A DNA stretch of 64,000 bases from Botryllus schlosseri (lineage: Eukaryota), in assembly GCA_051294905.1 (NCBI GenBank), contig CM119375.1, forward strand, positions 3,658,001 to 3,722,000, given 5' to 3'. Made by a program: the position numbers and the translations under genes. This document shows, in pieces, positions 28,201 to 43,200 of this stretch (position 1 is the stretch's first letter; each line of letters starts with the position of its first letter). The notes beneath the pieces are model-generated. The model was given only the letters and a program-made list of their open reading frames with translations, had not been told where the DNA came from and made no database searches.

Positions 28201-31200
28201 GCCTCCAAATGATAACCAGTTACCGGATTACCTCCATCATTGTCTGGGGCGTCCCATTTGACAGCCATGGACTCCCGATTGCTAGAAACCACGTGGACTG
28301 CAATAGGTGGGTCCGGTACCTGTGATGTGGAAATGGTGTAGAATTAATAAAATTACATCACCGATAAAAAAATATTACTTACTGTGAAGCCTAGTTTTAT
28401 GACGACAGGCTCTGTGACAGTAGCGGGTCCGACACCAAAGCGGTTGATAGCGCGCAATCGGAAACTGTATTCTTTTCCAAGCTCGAGTTTTGTGCACTTG
28501 AACGTATTACGTACGATAGCAGAGGACACCTCTTTCCAGCTTGGATCCTCCGCACTTCGTAAATCGACAACATAAGAGCTGAAATTGATTAAAACAGGTT
28601 GAGTTTGATATCGTATTGTTACCTTGAACATCATTTTATACCTTATAGCTGCGCCTCCGTCATTTGTCGGCGGCTTCCAAGACATGGTAACTGACGAATC
28701 AGTGACATCTGTGATTTGTAAGTCTTCCACGAGTCCGGGTTTGTCAAGAATTACAACCTTTATTTTGGCGGACTTTGAGCCAGCTTGATTTTCAGCACAT
28801 ACTTCATAGATTCCACCATCAGCCTACATTATGCAGTGACGGTAAAACATTTAATCTCGGTGATATGACCAACAATTTTTGCCGTATGAACTCTTAACAA
28901 ATACATCGGATACCTAGAGAACAGCTACTGATATTATGTGAAGTGGCCCTAAAAGTAGATGGACCAACCTGAGACGCATTTCTGATCTTCAAAGCCGCTG
29001 CCTTTGGGGTGGTCTCTTCCAAGCTAATATTTTTGCCTTCCTTGACTCTCTCTTCATCTTTTATCCACTTAATTCTCGGATTCGGTTTTCCACCATACGG
29101 AATCTGCACAAATTTTATAAGGAAACTATTCTACATATCACACATTACTGAGCTAATCACCTCCAGATCCAAATTGGAGCCGGCCTTCACGTGTACGACT
29201 CCATGAGGCAGTTGTTGTAAGTCAAACGACGGAGGAATTACAGTATCCTTCATTAGTATAGGCGAAGTGGCTTCTTTTGGATCGGAAAGTCCGACTTCGT
29301 TGAATGCCGAGACTCTGAAATGGTATTCTCTGCCTTCCTTCAGATTTTGGATTTGACATTCCGGCTCCTTGACCGTGGCTCTTTTAATCCACTTGTTCTG
29401 GTCTTTTTCAAGCGACTGAAAATAACATTGAAGTCCACTGTGTTAAATATACGCGTCTATTTCAATATTCAAGTTCATACTGGTGTGTATATTTGGGTAA
29501 AATGTCCTGGGTTCTTAAAGGTGATATTACTGACTCAACCCTGTAACGTTACACAGATAGCTATATACTAATAATATTGTATGTGTTTCAGTCTGTTAAC
29601 GCTTTTTTCACACACTCAATATGATGAAGCAACAAAATCTCTCTCTCTCTCTTGATATATTCGAAATAAATTGTATTTTTCCAAAGGCCGTACCTCCACA
29701 ACATAGCCCAATATCTTCGAACCGCCGTCGTCTTCGGGCTTGCTCCATTGCCAAATCACTGATGATTTTGTGGCGTCCGAAACTTCCAGATTGTCGGGAG
29801 ACGATGGTACCTCCATGGCTTTTATAGGCACATCCGTTTCTGCGGGTACGCCGATGCCTTTCTCGTTCTCAGCAATCACTCTAAAATGAAAACTTGGTTG
29901 AGATGATCGCATACGATATAGTTCTTGATAGCTTTCATATAATAGTCCCTACTAGTGTCATAACATCACAATCCGTGGTACTTGAATACTAGACTAACCA
30001 TTGAATCACTGAGACTGCAGATTTTGCCCAGGCTTCAGACTTGTACAAACTAAACATTTAGTTAGTTGACGGTCAACTAACTAACAGTTTTTTGAGTAGT
30101 TCTAGTTCTAGTTGTAGTTGCTGATTTCGAAAATTGCGTAGTTCTAGTTCTAGTTGTAGTTGCGGATTTTGAAAATTGCGTAGTTCTAGTTCTAGTTGTA
30201 GTTGCAGATTTTGAAAATTCAGTAGTTCTAGTTGTAGTTTTAGTTGCGCATTTCAAAAAAATATTAGTTGCCGAACAACTAGAAAACACTCGTGTGTCCT
30301 GCGTGATGAGACTCTCCTCGCGTGACAAGTGAGGTTACTGCGGGTTGCTGATGTGATCATGACAAAGGATCAAATGCTCATTGTTGGATCATAGTTAATA
30401 CATTGATTATGCCGAGTTCACTGATAACTCGGCAAATTTACAACAATCGACAGTCCGCAGCGACACGCGATCTCCCGCTGAGGTTGTTTACTAATTGGAA
30501 TGTGAACTAGTGATCTAATGCTGTGCACTAGCGAGTATTATCTCGGAACTAAGCTGTCGCATCTGTTAAACTTACGAGATTTGATTCGTGATGACGATGT
30601 CGACCACGCCTGCCCAGGCACAAGGAGAAGACGATCTGGATTCGCCCAAGGTATATTTACAAAGGAAATTGCATAAATTGCCTGGGTCGTCTCCTACTGG
30701 CTCTCCAACGCACAAGAAACCGAGACTCTCACTCTTCAACTTTCTACCTCAAAGTCAGTGTCGTCCGCTTGAAGTTAAATCAGGCCCGTCTGAGGTGAAA
30801 AAGTATGCCAGAGAACATCGACTACCCCTGGGTCAGAATGTGCTAAACTGTTGGCGGAATATGACCGACTTGCCAGAATTACGAAACTTGGCGAAAGATT
30901 TTCTTGGGATGACTACGACATCTGCGCCCAGTGAAAGGGCTTTCACGCATGCTGGGATTTTGTATTCCCCAAGAGGGCAAAACTCAACGAAAAAACATTT
31001 TCGCGACTCATGTTGATTCGCTGCAATCAGCAACAGTTGCAGAAAATGGTTTAGTTTATCCTGTACTGATGACAGAATAGTTCTGTCTGTCTGATTTTTC
31101 AGTAATTTCGCTGTACCGACGCTCATGTGGAAGGCTGGAACGCCGAATTTGAATAAAATAAAAATGAATGAGTTGATTGAGAATTAAATTTAGTTAGTTG

Positions 31201-34200
31201 TGTTTTAGTTAGTTAGTTGCCGATATTTAAATTTCGTTAGTTCTAGTTATAGTTCTAGTTGCGAGTTTTGAAAATTGAGTAGTTCTAGTTCTAGTTCTAG
31301 TCGCAGGATTTGAAAATTGGGTAGTTCTAGTTCTAGTTCTAGTTGCGAGTCTTAAAACTTGAGTAATTTTAGTTCTAGTTCTAGTTGAGCTTTTTGAAAA
31401 TTCAGTAGTTTGTACAAGTCTGCCAGGCTTAATTAAAGGCATGTCTGATAGTTTGATATTGCAATAAAAATGACCTGAAGAGATAGCTAAGTCCTTCGCT
31501 CAAGGCTATCTTGAGGTGAGTTCTTTGACAACTGGTATTCACGGTAGACCATGCTTTGCGACCAGATTCCTTCTTCTCAACAATATAATTGGAAATGTGG
31601 CATCCACCATCGTTAATGGGCGGTTTCCAAGAGAAGACTGCAGATTCCTTTGTGATATCTTTCACCTGTTCGAAGATACATACATATATAAATACCATAT
31701 GCCATTTGCTTAAACTTCAGTAATATTACTGTGAGATCTTGACAAGGTCCTGGCGTGTCCAAAACTTTGACAGTGCAGCTGACTGCTATGGCTCCAGAAC
31801 TGTTGTCCAGATGTAATGTGTATTTTCCAGAATCGTTACGGTTTGATTCGGGAATGAAGAACATGGTGCCGTGATCTTCGTAAGTGACTTGCACGTGATC
31901 GTCAACGCTGGAGGCGCCTTCTTTGGTCCAGCGCATGGTAGGTGTAGGTCTCCCGCGCACGGGCACGAATATTCTACACGCAACGTTTGGTCAATGTTCA
32001 CATGCAATATTGAGAAGATTACGAATATAAATCATAACTTAATGACATCAGAGTCACCAGTTTCTAGTTATGCATGTGCCAAAGATAATTTTTTCGGCAG
32101 TTTTTTTCAGTACTGTTATACTTGTATTGCTTCTTTGGTGAAATTGCTACATTTTTTGGAAAAATTTAGATCATTCAACAAAATTGGTGTCAAATTAGCA
32201 TCAAATAAATGATTCCATCCTTGATTACAGCCAATTGTCAAGATCAAGATATGTAAAGAAACATTACCTCTCGTTCACAGATACTGATCAACAATTTTTC
32301 GACACTATATAATAGAATTTCCCACCCAAAATACCATTTTTTGAAATCAATAATTTTCTATTAGAATAAGCTCGCTTCTATGGGTAGGAATTGATCCAAA
32401 TTTTCCATGTCATGCATCACAAAGAGTTGAAACGAGCAATAGGGTCGTTCAAACACAACTTTTCTCTCAAGTTTCACACAAATTGCACATCAATTTAAGA
32501 TCAATCCCAACCCGAAAATTGAAACTAAGTCATCAAGTTTTTTGTTTTAAATCCAAAATTTTCTTCTCCAATATCTAGACTTTGGAATATATCCAAATTT
32601 CATGCACAGTTTTATTTTAGGTAATCTAACACTATCATAGGGCACCCAGTAGGATTGGAACAAAATTAGTTATTTTGGAACAACCCTATTACTGATTTAA
32701 ACTTTGTGTGAAAATTGTAACGTTTACATACCTAACAGAATTTCCAGCTTTGACGACGATGTGCTTCCTGAAATCTGCGTCCGGCGCAATTTGCGGAGGC
32801 TCGTATCTTTCGCCAGGCTGTACAGTGGCCGGCATCACAGACGCCTCTCCAACACCAGCAGAATTGAACGCGAGCACTCTGACTTTGTATTGTTCAGATT
32901 CCTGCGCAGATAAGTTCAAGTTTTCAGTCAGTCGTTCAATCATTGATATTTTCATCGATTCAAATCTACGCAAGATTAAGTTACAATGAAAGATTGGACT
33001 GAGTCGAAAAATTGGCAGTAGTCTCTTTGTTAAACATCCCACCTTAGCCTAGAGCAGAGATTTTCAACCTGTAGGCCTTGACATAGCTTTTAGCTGGCAA
33101 CAGAACTTTTCTGATATAAGGCTGTGGCTTTCAACCTGAGGTCACACTAGCGCCATTCTAATTTTAGTGATCAGCTTCATTTTCAAATCGGGAATTGGCC
33201 AGTGACCATTGAAAGGTTGGGAACCCCTGTTATAGAGCATGCAACATAAGATAAACATATTTCAATATGAATATATTATTCAATTGTAGATTGAAGTTCA
33301 GTGCCTAGAAAAGTCTGTCGAAGTAGACATATTTGTTCAGCAGAAACTGTTTGAACTTCCAGCTAAATGTGGATACAATCGACCACTGCCAGATAACTAA
33401 TGTACCAAATGCGTGAATTTGAAATCAAATTACAATACCTGTAGATCAGTTATGGTGTATTCTGTCGTTCGCACACCGGCTGATGGCGTGCATTTAATCC
33501 ATTTCTCCGTATCCAATTCGGCTGGGCAAATCTCCACATGATAACCTGACACATCATCTCCGCCATCGAATGACGGCGCTTTCCAAGATAAAGACACTGA
33601 TCTCTTAGTGGAGTCCACCATTTTTGGTATTCCAGGGGGTCCAGGCGGGTATACTGGCTCCTTGCACAACGCCGGGGCGCTGCTGTCGGAGCAGGGGCCT
33701 GTTCCGGCTGCATTTTCTGCCGAGACTCTGAATTCGTATTCGTAGCCTTCCGTAAGGCCGGACACTTTGTGGTGGAGACTGGAAACAGCCCTGCATGGTA
33801 ATGGTACAGATTGAGAGTAGCCATTGGCAGCCATTTTTAAGAATCTTCTAACAAAATTGAGACTGATCGATTTTTACCATCGGTTGGAGGTGGGCAGTAA
33901 AGAAGTACGTCTAATTTTTCAAGTAATTAGGTAAGTCATGAGTATTTTTATTATTTAGTCAATGGTTCCAATTCTACATTACAGTTTTTCAAGCAAAACT
34001 GCTTGAGCTTGAGAGTAGAAAGTAATTTTAAGGTATGCCTGCATTTCTGCACGAGTGAAATTGTCATGAAAACTGGGCGAAAGGGCCCCTGGATCACAGT
34101 GACCGAATATATGTTCGAATATTATACCTCTTTGTGCTAAGATTTTTCATGAGTCTAGAAATTTTTAAAGTAGCTACGATACTTCCTTTCGATCCAATTT

Positions 34201-37200
34201 CAAATTTTCAACGTCTACTTCTTGAAATAGTTTTTGAAATTTAAAATCACTAATCAAGTAATCAAGTAGAATTTTCTGGCATTTCAACTACCTTGAGTAA
34301 CGATGCCGACAACTTTGGCAATTACTAGTATTGATAAGGCGCTATGATCTAGCTAACAGTATCAAATTGAATATCTTGCATTGTTTCAGAATGCCAAATT
34401 GCTAAATTACCAATATAATTGTCTGTAATTCTTACCTCCTGACAGCCCTCATCCAACGCAATGAATTTCTCTCTTTACGTTCGATATGATATCCTGATAT
34501 TTCATTTCCACCGTCAGACTCGGGGCGTGTCCAGGCGATAACTACAGAATCTTTGCCAGTCGAAGTAATCTGTACAGATAGCTTGTATAATGTATATTGA
34601 AATTAGTAAAAGGATGAAAAAGTATAGGCTATATAATGTATTGACCCATTCGTTCTACAGTACATGCGGCGTGCTAACTGCTAAGGACGTTTCTTATGAT
34701 ATCTGACCTCTGGTTTTCCTGGAGCGCTTGGCACTGTGAATGGGTCCTTTGCAAGAACCGGCTGAGATTCCACAGGCACTCCGAGGCCATATTTATTTTC
34801 ACCCATCACTCTGAATATGTACTCGTTTCCTTTCAGCAAATTGATGACCTTTGCGAAAATGTATATCATAACAAAAAATCAATCACAGTTATTTTCCTTC
34901 AAACAACAAACCTTAACCGTTAAGCCTTCCACATTGGAAGCGACTCTCGTCCAAGTTAACCTTGAAGTTTCTCTTTTCTCGATGACATAATGCGTCACAG
35001 GTGCACCGCCTGTCTTTAGAGGCATTCCCCATGTAAGTCTGCACTTATCGGATGTCACATCCGATACTTCGATGGGGCCGGAGATCGGACCAGGCCTGTC
35101 GAGGACCTTCACATCTATTGTGATTGACCTGAATAATTGAGAACAGAAATGAAAATCTCATTTTTATAGTTTTGACTCGAGTCAAATCGAGTCATTTTCA
35201 ATTCACCCCCGAGTCAAGTTTGAGTCCAAGTCAGCCAGCAGAGGGTCGAGTCCATGTCATTGCGTTGATTGCTAAGTTTAGAGTTGAAGCCTTGCTAAAA
35301 ACCGCCTTTTATAACTCTCTTTGGTAATATCGAATGGTTAGCATTTAAAATAAACTAATTATCCTCACTTTTAACAGTTTCTGGTCTCATTTTCAAGTAC
35401 CAGTACCAATACGCAAAATACCAACAGTAGAGTTACTTTACTATTTTTCGAAACTACAATGAAATGTCGATTTTAGCAGTCCGAGACTCAAGTCATATGA
35501 CTTGGTCCGAGTCATGCGCAATGACTTGAGTCCAAGTCGAGTCAATACACAGATTGAATCAAGCCGAGTCAAGTGATGACTCGAGTCAGTACAACCCGGT
35601 TCTTAACCTTGGTGGCATGGATCCTGTGGGGGCTTGCACATTTGCAGGCTAATGTTGAGACTACAACAATAAAACTAACTACATTGTACCTATTCATAAG
35701 ATATATTTCTGACTTATGCCAATATTTTTTCTTAGTTTCAGTGCTAACCAAAGGTCATAACAGCAATCCTTCTGATACTAACACTAATAATTGCACTCAA
35801 AATCGAAGTGATTTGGAGTAGGAACAGGCTAAATTGATGGCCCTTTTTTCTAGTTTCTTTTAATTTTGTAATCCTCAGCCACTCAAATTATGTTGATTAC
35901 TTAAAATTTAACCGAGGCTGTGTAGTTTAAAAAGTATTATCCTGAGCTAGGTCACAATAGGGGGTCTTCACAACCAAAAAATACACTCAGAGGTCCGGAA
36001 CAAAGAAAAAAAGTAAATTATTTTTCAGATAATGAGTTCAATAATTCGAATTTGCAAATTCTTACCTTGTACCGGCAGCATTTTTGAGCTGCAGCAGATA
36101 TTCGCCAGTGTCATCCCGGGACACGTTATTGAGAACCAAAGTGGTAGACGCATCGTCGTTGAAAATTTCAGTTTTTGGCGAGTGATCCAATTCGACACGG
36201 TTTCTGCTCCAAGTAACAGTAGGAGACGGTTTTCCAAATACAGCGGCTGACATCTTTATATTATCCCCAGCTTTGGCTGTGATGGTGTCTCGTAAACTGG
36301 AATCCAGCTCCAAACGCGGAGGCGTGAATATATCCTGGCATGTAACTGCGTCGGAAGGTTCGCTTGGTATTGACACTGAACCAGCAGCGTTCTTTGCAAT
36401 GACACGGAATTTATAAGTAGTATTTTCCGTTAGACTTTCAGCTGTAAATTTGCAGTCGATCACGTTACTGAAGTTACACTTCAGCCATCGCCCGTCTGGT
36501 TGTTCCTGACGCTCGACTGTATATCCTGTGATTCTAGCACCGCCGTTATCTTCAGGCTTGACCCAAACAATATCTGCTGTAGTGCGGGTGACGCCGGTCA
36601 CTTCAACAAGCCTGGCATGGCTGATTTGGTCGATAGCCATTGCCGGGCTGCAAGGGTAACTCGGTTTCCCGCAACCGGCTGCGTTTTCAGCGTAGACTCG
36701 CAGTTCATACTCCAGACCGCCCTTGAGAAACAAAGACATTATTAGAATGTAAGTTAAAGATTTATTTTGTCAAGTGATAACGTCACAAAATAACATTAAC
36801 ATAGAAATATGATCTTCATAGAATTTGCTGAATATACACTTAATACAGTCAGAATTGAACTACCATAAAATTTTCAGCTTTTCCAGATTTGATTAGAATT
36901 TCATAATTATAGCTGCACAATTTATTCCGAATTTGAGTGAAACTAAAATTACTGAATTCGCAAAAAAACCTAGAAATTGAATTCATTTCGGAATGAGCAA
37001 GAAATTCAACGATATCTAGTCTAGTTAGTATCAAATTGAGAAACTCAGGTATGAATAAAGAGTTTTCCAGGAAAAGAGTGGAATGTATTTGACAACATGT
37101 CTATATTGCTTGCTGCGATATCGTGCACCTCTAGATGGCATTGACTATTAATAGCGTTTATAAATATGAGGAAATAGAATACAAGCACATTGATCAATGC

Positions 37201-40200
37201 ATGTGTGTGCTATACAGGAAATATATATGGAATAATATATACGAGAAGTTAACAGAGTACAAACACTTATCAACATTAGTATGTATGCAATAGAAAGTTT
37301 GCTATGTCTGTATTCAACAAATGGTAATTAGTACTGAATGATTTAAGCACCATCATTGTAATGTGACCGCATACCTGAAGGCCGGCAGCTCTGAACTGCG
37401 TGTCGTGTATGTCAATTTTGTTAGCTTTCTGCCACAATATGCTATTCCTGTCCTTGATTTCAACGTGATACGCCGAGACCGGGTTTCCGCCATCGTTAAC
37501 TGGTTCGTTCCATTTGACAATTATGAAGTCTTTCGTCACTGACACGACTTCAGGAGTGCTCGGAGGGCCCGGCACTTTGAACGGGTATGCGACTAAAATT
37601 TTATCCGTGCATACGAAATCTCCGCATCCAAATCTGTTTTCGGCAGACACTCGGAATTGGTATTCCTTGCCAAGTTGCAGTTTGGATACCTAAATAATAA
37701 TTGAAATTTGGATTATTCTAGCTGAGCAATTCTAGTAGAGGTAAATACAAAAGATTGTCTGTGTGATTACAAATCTCCATTATATAGCTTGGATTTCAAT
37801 GTGAAACCTTGCTATTATATTACTGCATACTTGAAAGTTCGTATGTGACATTGTAACAATGCTAATATCATGATTGCTATGTCCTACGTTGCTGCCATAT
37901 TGGTGTAAATTTTGTTGATAACTCTGATTAAAGACAACCTAAAAGTCTTTCAGTTATCACACAGGTATTATTGCCACGGACGCTGTCATGAAACAATCTT
38001 CAAGTTCTGTAACTTGAATCATCAAACATGTTTTATGCAACACTTACACTACATTAAAAATAACTGGAATTTTAACTCATCCCATTTAACCGTCTCCCGC
38101 CGGCGTGGGTATTTTTACCCATTGCCGTTAGAGGGAAGCGTACTGTATTAGAGCCACTATATATCCCGTTCTAATCGTGCTAGGTCGCTGCTGTTCATGT
38201 CTGCGGATAGATATTGTTTGTGCAAGTTCATTGATACCATATAATTTGATATATATTATAACTAAGACGTCGAAATCGGATATCAAATACCGTAGATCAG
38301 TGCTTTTCAACCTGTGTGACGGTTCGCACTTGTGCGAATGAAAAAAATTGCTGTGCGAATGACGAACATGGTGCGAACGGTGCGAATGAAAATCCCGGTT
38401 GAGTGCGAATGACGAAGGTGGTGCGAACGGTGCGAATGAAAATCCCGGATGAGTGCGAATGAAAATAGTGAATAATAATTGTTAATATTTCTGACCTTGA
38501 ATAATTCAAATAAACCTAATTGGAAATTCGAGGGCAATGTAACTTTTGTTGTTACGACGCAATTGTAAAAACTTGTTCAACTCACGACGCACCACTAGTC
38601 GTAGCTCGCCCAAGCCGTAGTGAATTAATATTTTCGCACTATAATTATTATGTAACCAAAAGCCCGGTTTGGAAGCTGGTGTAGTGGCAGACATACATTA
38701 TATCAGCCCGTCTGAGCTTGCAACAGGCTGGAAAATGACGTTAAATTTACTTTCTGCTTACTTTCGCTAAATAATCATCATACTTCCATAATACCTAATC
38801 GATTAGTGCGAGGCACGAGGATAGTAGTATGTGGCGAGATAGCACAGTGGTGTAATCCGCGGCTGCAACACCGAGGTCGACTTCCGATACCTAAGTGTTG
38901 GAGGTTTACCTAGGCTCCTCCTCGCCACCTCATCCGCATCAGCGGTGTCTTACAAAAAGCCTAGAGGTGGGCCGTGCTATGAGTCGGCAGTTACGGAAAA
39001 TAAGAAGAATATCGGCCTGGTGTAAATGACCATAGTAGTTGACAAACACCATGAATACCCCAAAACAAACAAAGGATAGTACTAAATACCATCATTACAG
39101 ACTCCCATTTGCAAGTTACTGTAACGCAAATTATACCGCATATGGTATAATTTTGGGTCGAAACGCTGCCAGAACTGTCGTGTCTGTTAATATGTATGTA
39201 ATATATGTTCAATTTATGGCAAAATTCTGCGATCGTGTTTACAAATTTAAGGTCACGGTGTTGGGTACTGGAGCGAATGAGCGACACACGCAGAATATAT
39301 GTTTTTATCATGAGAATTCGTGATAAGATTTGTCCGACTGGTTTTTCTGGAAAACATGGTCGAAGACCGTTGGGATGAACTATACTGCAGGGACTAGGGA
39401 TGTGCAACGAGCGACTTCCGGTCTATGATACTCATTCATTTCGAGGCCAACCCCTTCTGTGTCCTACAGTCCAGTCACATGAAGACAGAAAGTTTTGGCC
39501 AACAAACGGCTGATAAAATGCGGTGCCAAAACATAAGCGTCGACAAAACCTTGGCCGAAAATGACCGATACTGGCTGGCCAAACCATTCGATATGGATAT
39601 GCTCCATTGTCGGCACGGCGGCATAGTCCCTACAATTGCGACACGCGAAGGATTTTAATTCACCCCAATTTGAAATCGCGTGTGTCAGACCTGTAGAACT
39701 GTGTTGGATAGAAATGTGGTGCGCGCGTTCTGTATGTCATGCATGTCCATAAAATCATAGCATACTACTGTAATTATAAAAAAATGAATTCGTTTTCCTA
39801 GGTGAGGCTCGGGTAGCGAGATGCCACAAAATCTCAGATTTTGGTGGTAGTCTAAAAAGCTGCTTTAACGTTATTAAACTGTCGTGAATTATCAACTTAG
39901 ATTGAGCTTAAGAGCAGAACACACAGTATCGTGAGTTTATTTGCTCTTCCCACATACTCGCGAGACAGTGAATGGGAAATCGAAAAAAAAGTTGCAGCAA
40001 CGTATCATAAGGTAGCGAGCTCTAATGTGCCTACTCTCCTTGATCGTTTGGACCTTATTTTCCAAGACATAAGGCAAAAGCCTCATCACAAACAGGTGGG
40101 TTTTTCACCCTTCCGACAAACTGGAGCCTTAGACCTTTTCGTCAGTTCTCAAAATCGATTTCTTCCAGCAAGCATGTATTTTTCAGTCGTGAAAAATACG

Positions 40201-43200
40201 CTGTATGATGGATAGGAGTGCAGAAAAGACTTTAGGACAGGGGTCGCCAACTCAAAATGGCTCTCGGGTCACTTTCAAATTTTGTAGAGCCCGCGGGCCG
40301 CACGAATTCAATGTCGAGATTAAAATAGGCCTCGCAGTTTAACACCGCGTCACTACAACGCTGTGCTTTCTGACATGGCGATGGGTATAGTTACCACGAA
40401 AGAAAAATATTTTATAACTAATACAAAAGCAACAAAAATATCATGATCATCACTTTCATTCGATTTTGAACTATATGCTCTGTGCACGATACCTGACCAC
40501 ATTTTTCAACGACTAAAAAATCGATATTGGTGTTAGCTAGACACGGTATTTGCTGGAAAACTATCTGCTCGTGAAGATTGCTCTTGTGGCGAGGCCCTGA
40601 GTCGTTTTCTGATTGTTTCGGTCTTGGCAGTGTCACCGCCATTGTGCGCCAAGGCAATATGCCCATTGCCCATTTATATCAGCTAATTCTTCCTCCATGG
40701 AATGTTATTATACCATCACCGAGACCGTATCAGCTGGTGAGGAATAGTGGTGTTCGTCACAGGAGAATAGCATATTTTGAACAACGTCAAAAATATTTTA
40801 AAACTGAAATAAATTTCAGTACTGGGCGTTCTTCCGAAATATGAAATCAGATCACGGGCCGCAAAATATGACCTCACAGGCCTCATGCGGCCCGCGGCTG
40901 TGTTGGTGATCCCTGCTTTAAGATCTGGCCATCCAAGCACTGGTAAAAGGGTTTTCGTGAAGTAGTTGACATCAAAAGGAGCGAAAATAGTAGCCTTTTT
41001 AATGAGACACTTGATAACTTAAGATACATAGTAGCCAATTTGCTGCACATCTGAGCATATAAATATGGTTTAGTTTCAATATTCGGTTAGATTGCGCGAA
41101 TGAAATTTATTTTACAAAAAAAGTGCGAACGAAGCTCAAAAAGGTTGAAAAGCACTGCCGTAGATAAATATGTTGCAAAATACACTGTCTCGGCAACACG
41201 CGCGACATTGACCACTCTCAGATAACGTACTGTATGTTTTGTTCTAGCCGTCTTAGAGCATAGTTGTTTCTTTCTGTGAAAAGCTAGTGTCCATACAAGT
41301 TCACACATATCTTCGTATCTGATATTAGTTACATATAAGGTGTTATAAATCTATGTGATAGGCCGCGTGAAAAAGATATCCGCCGACCGCATCATTTCGC
41401 GGAAACGCGCGTTCCCGATACCCATCATATACCCTGTCGTATGTTTGGTTTTATTCGTCATAGCCAGTCGTTGTAGTTTGTTTCTATGAATAGTGCTTGT
41501 CAGCTTCTGATTTTCTTCCTAAAACAACTATACTAGTTATGTCTGCATCGCTCAAGGTTGCATTTGAAAACCGGGAAGAGAATTCTCGCAGCCTACCGTA
41601 CCAGCTTCAAGAAGATGGATGAATACTGGTTACAAAACGGGATATGTATCGAGTTGTAATAGTGATATACCTTCATAGATTGTGTCTGTGAATAGTTACT
41701 GCCTATACGATTCTAAATAATGGCTAATAGTCAAGTATAATTCGGAATAAATACAATATTACTCAGCGCATATACCTACGCAAAAGTGTTCATCTGGATA
41801 TACAAAGAGCTGTCGTATAACGATATATATCTTTCGTTGTAGTAATGAAAGACATTTACGGATTGTCTCTTTCAATAGAACTAGCCAATCTCCACCTTCA
41901 AGGACAAAATAAACAACATTACTTATGCCTATGTCACCCCAAGGCCGCTTCTAAAAATCGTGAAGAGAATTCCTGCAGACTACCACACTAGTGTCAAACG
42001 CAGGGACGAATATCTGTAACATAGTGTGTTATATCCTGAATTTTATCGGTAGTAGACATTCTTAGATTGTTTCTGTGGAGAGTACATGCCCATAAGATTA
42101 TATCTACATCAGACTAACAGCTAATAGTGATGTATACAGTGGCGTATCCAGGGGGGGGTTTTAGGGGGTCGGAACCCCCCCTTTTCAAAATCCTAAAAAT
42201 TCATGTCAAGTATAGCCTCTAATATTTGCTAATTTATTAGTTCAACATATTCATTTTTACGTATGAGAAGGCGAATATGGCGTCTTAATGTTATTTAAGG
42301 GGACTAAAACCCCTACAAAATATTGGAATTATGCGCCGAATTAGTCGAAAGGATAAAATAGGTCGTTATATTTCGCTAATTGCGCACGAATTCTGCCCTT
42401 GTTCAGCTACATTTCAGCTGTGGCAGATGCTGACGTTCACAACTTTCTTCCCTCGATTTCTCTCTCGCCTTGCTAAAACGAGAGACGCATTTTAGGAAAA
42501 TCTAATCTAATTGGCCGACACGATACCGCCGATACGTAATTACAAAGACAAAGTTGTCGGCAATGAACATCGCCCGCGAATTCGCTACGCCTGCTCGCCT
42601 TGAAATCCTAATTAAGAATTGCACGGCGTGTTGATTGATCAGCGAGACGCAGACACGGCGGCACCGGTACGACAATGCTGTTCTCAAATCCACATTGTCT
42701 TCGCGATTATCGGCGAGAAATGCCCTACGATTGACATTCACATTTCAAAATACAAGCCTATAGCGATACACGTTCACGTTCCCGATTGTTAGGTGGCTGT
42801 CGTTGAAATACAGGCCTATGTTGCCGCTGAACGGGAGAATTGAGTAGGCCTATTAGTAAAGTTAACGTAATGATATCGGCTGACAAGGTCCTCTGTCGCT
42901 CAAGTTATTATCCCAGTGTGTACTCTGTATTACTAGAGTGACTTGCGTGCCTGCAATTAAGGGCTAATTATCTTCGCGCGTACTATACGCTCAACCGTGC
43001 GGCTAGTAAAGCCATCGAAATGCACACATTCGTGTACAGTACAGCTGTACACTCCACACCTCTCTGTGGCGATCGCGATCGCCCTCGTGTATGCTACCGC
43101 ACTATTCCGCGCTTGTTCGTCCGCTGCGATACTACCGGCTGTGCGCATAATATAGTCAAAACCTAACAAAATCGTGCATCTCTGGTGGGAACTAGGCGCT

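Noticed and set aside
30077-31442. Thr/Arg-rich ORFs ([12 protein letters not shown] repeats) at 30077-30328 and 31227-31442
   Set aside because: Translations of the hAT subterminal TAGTTC arrays.
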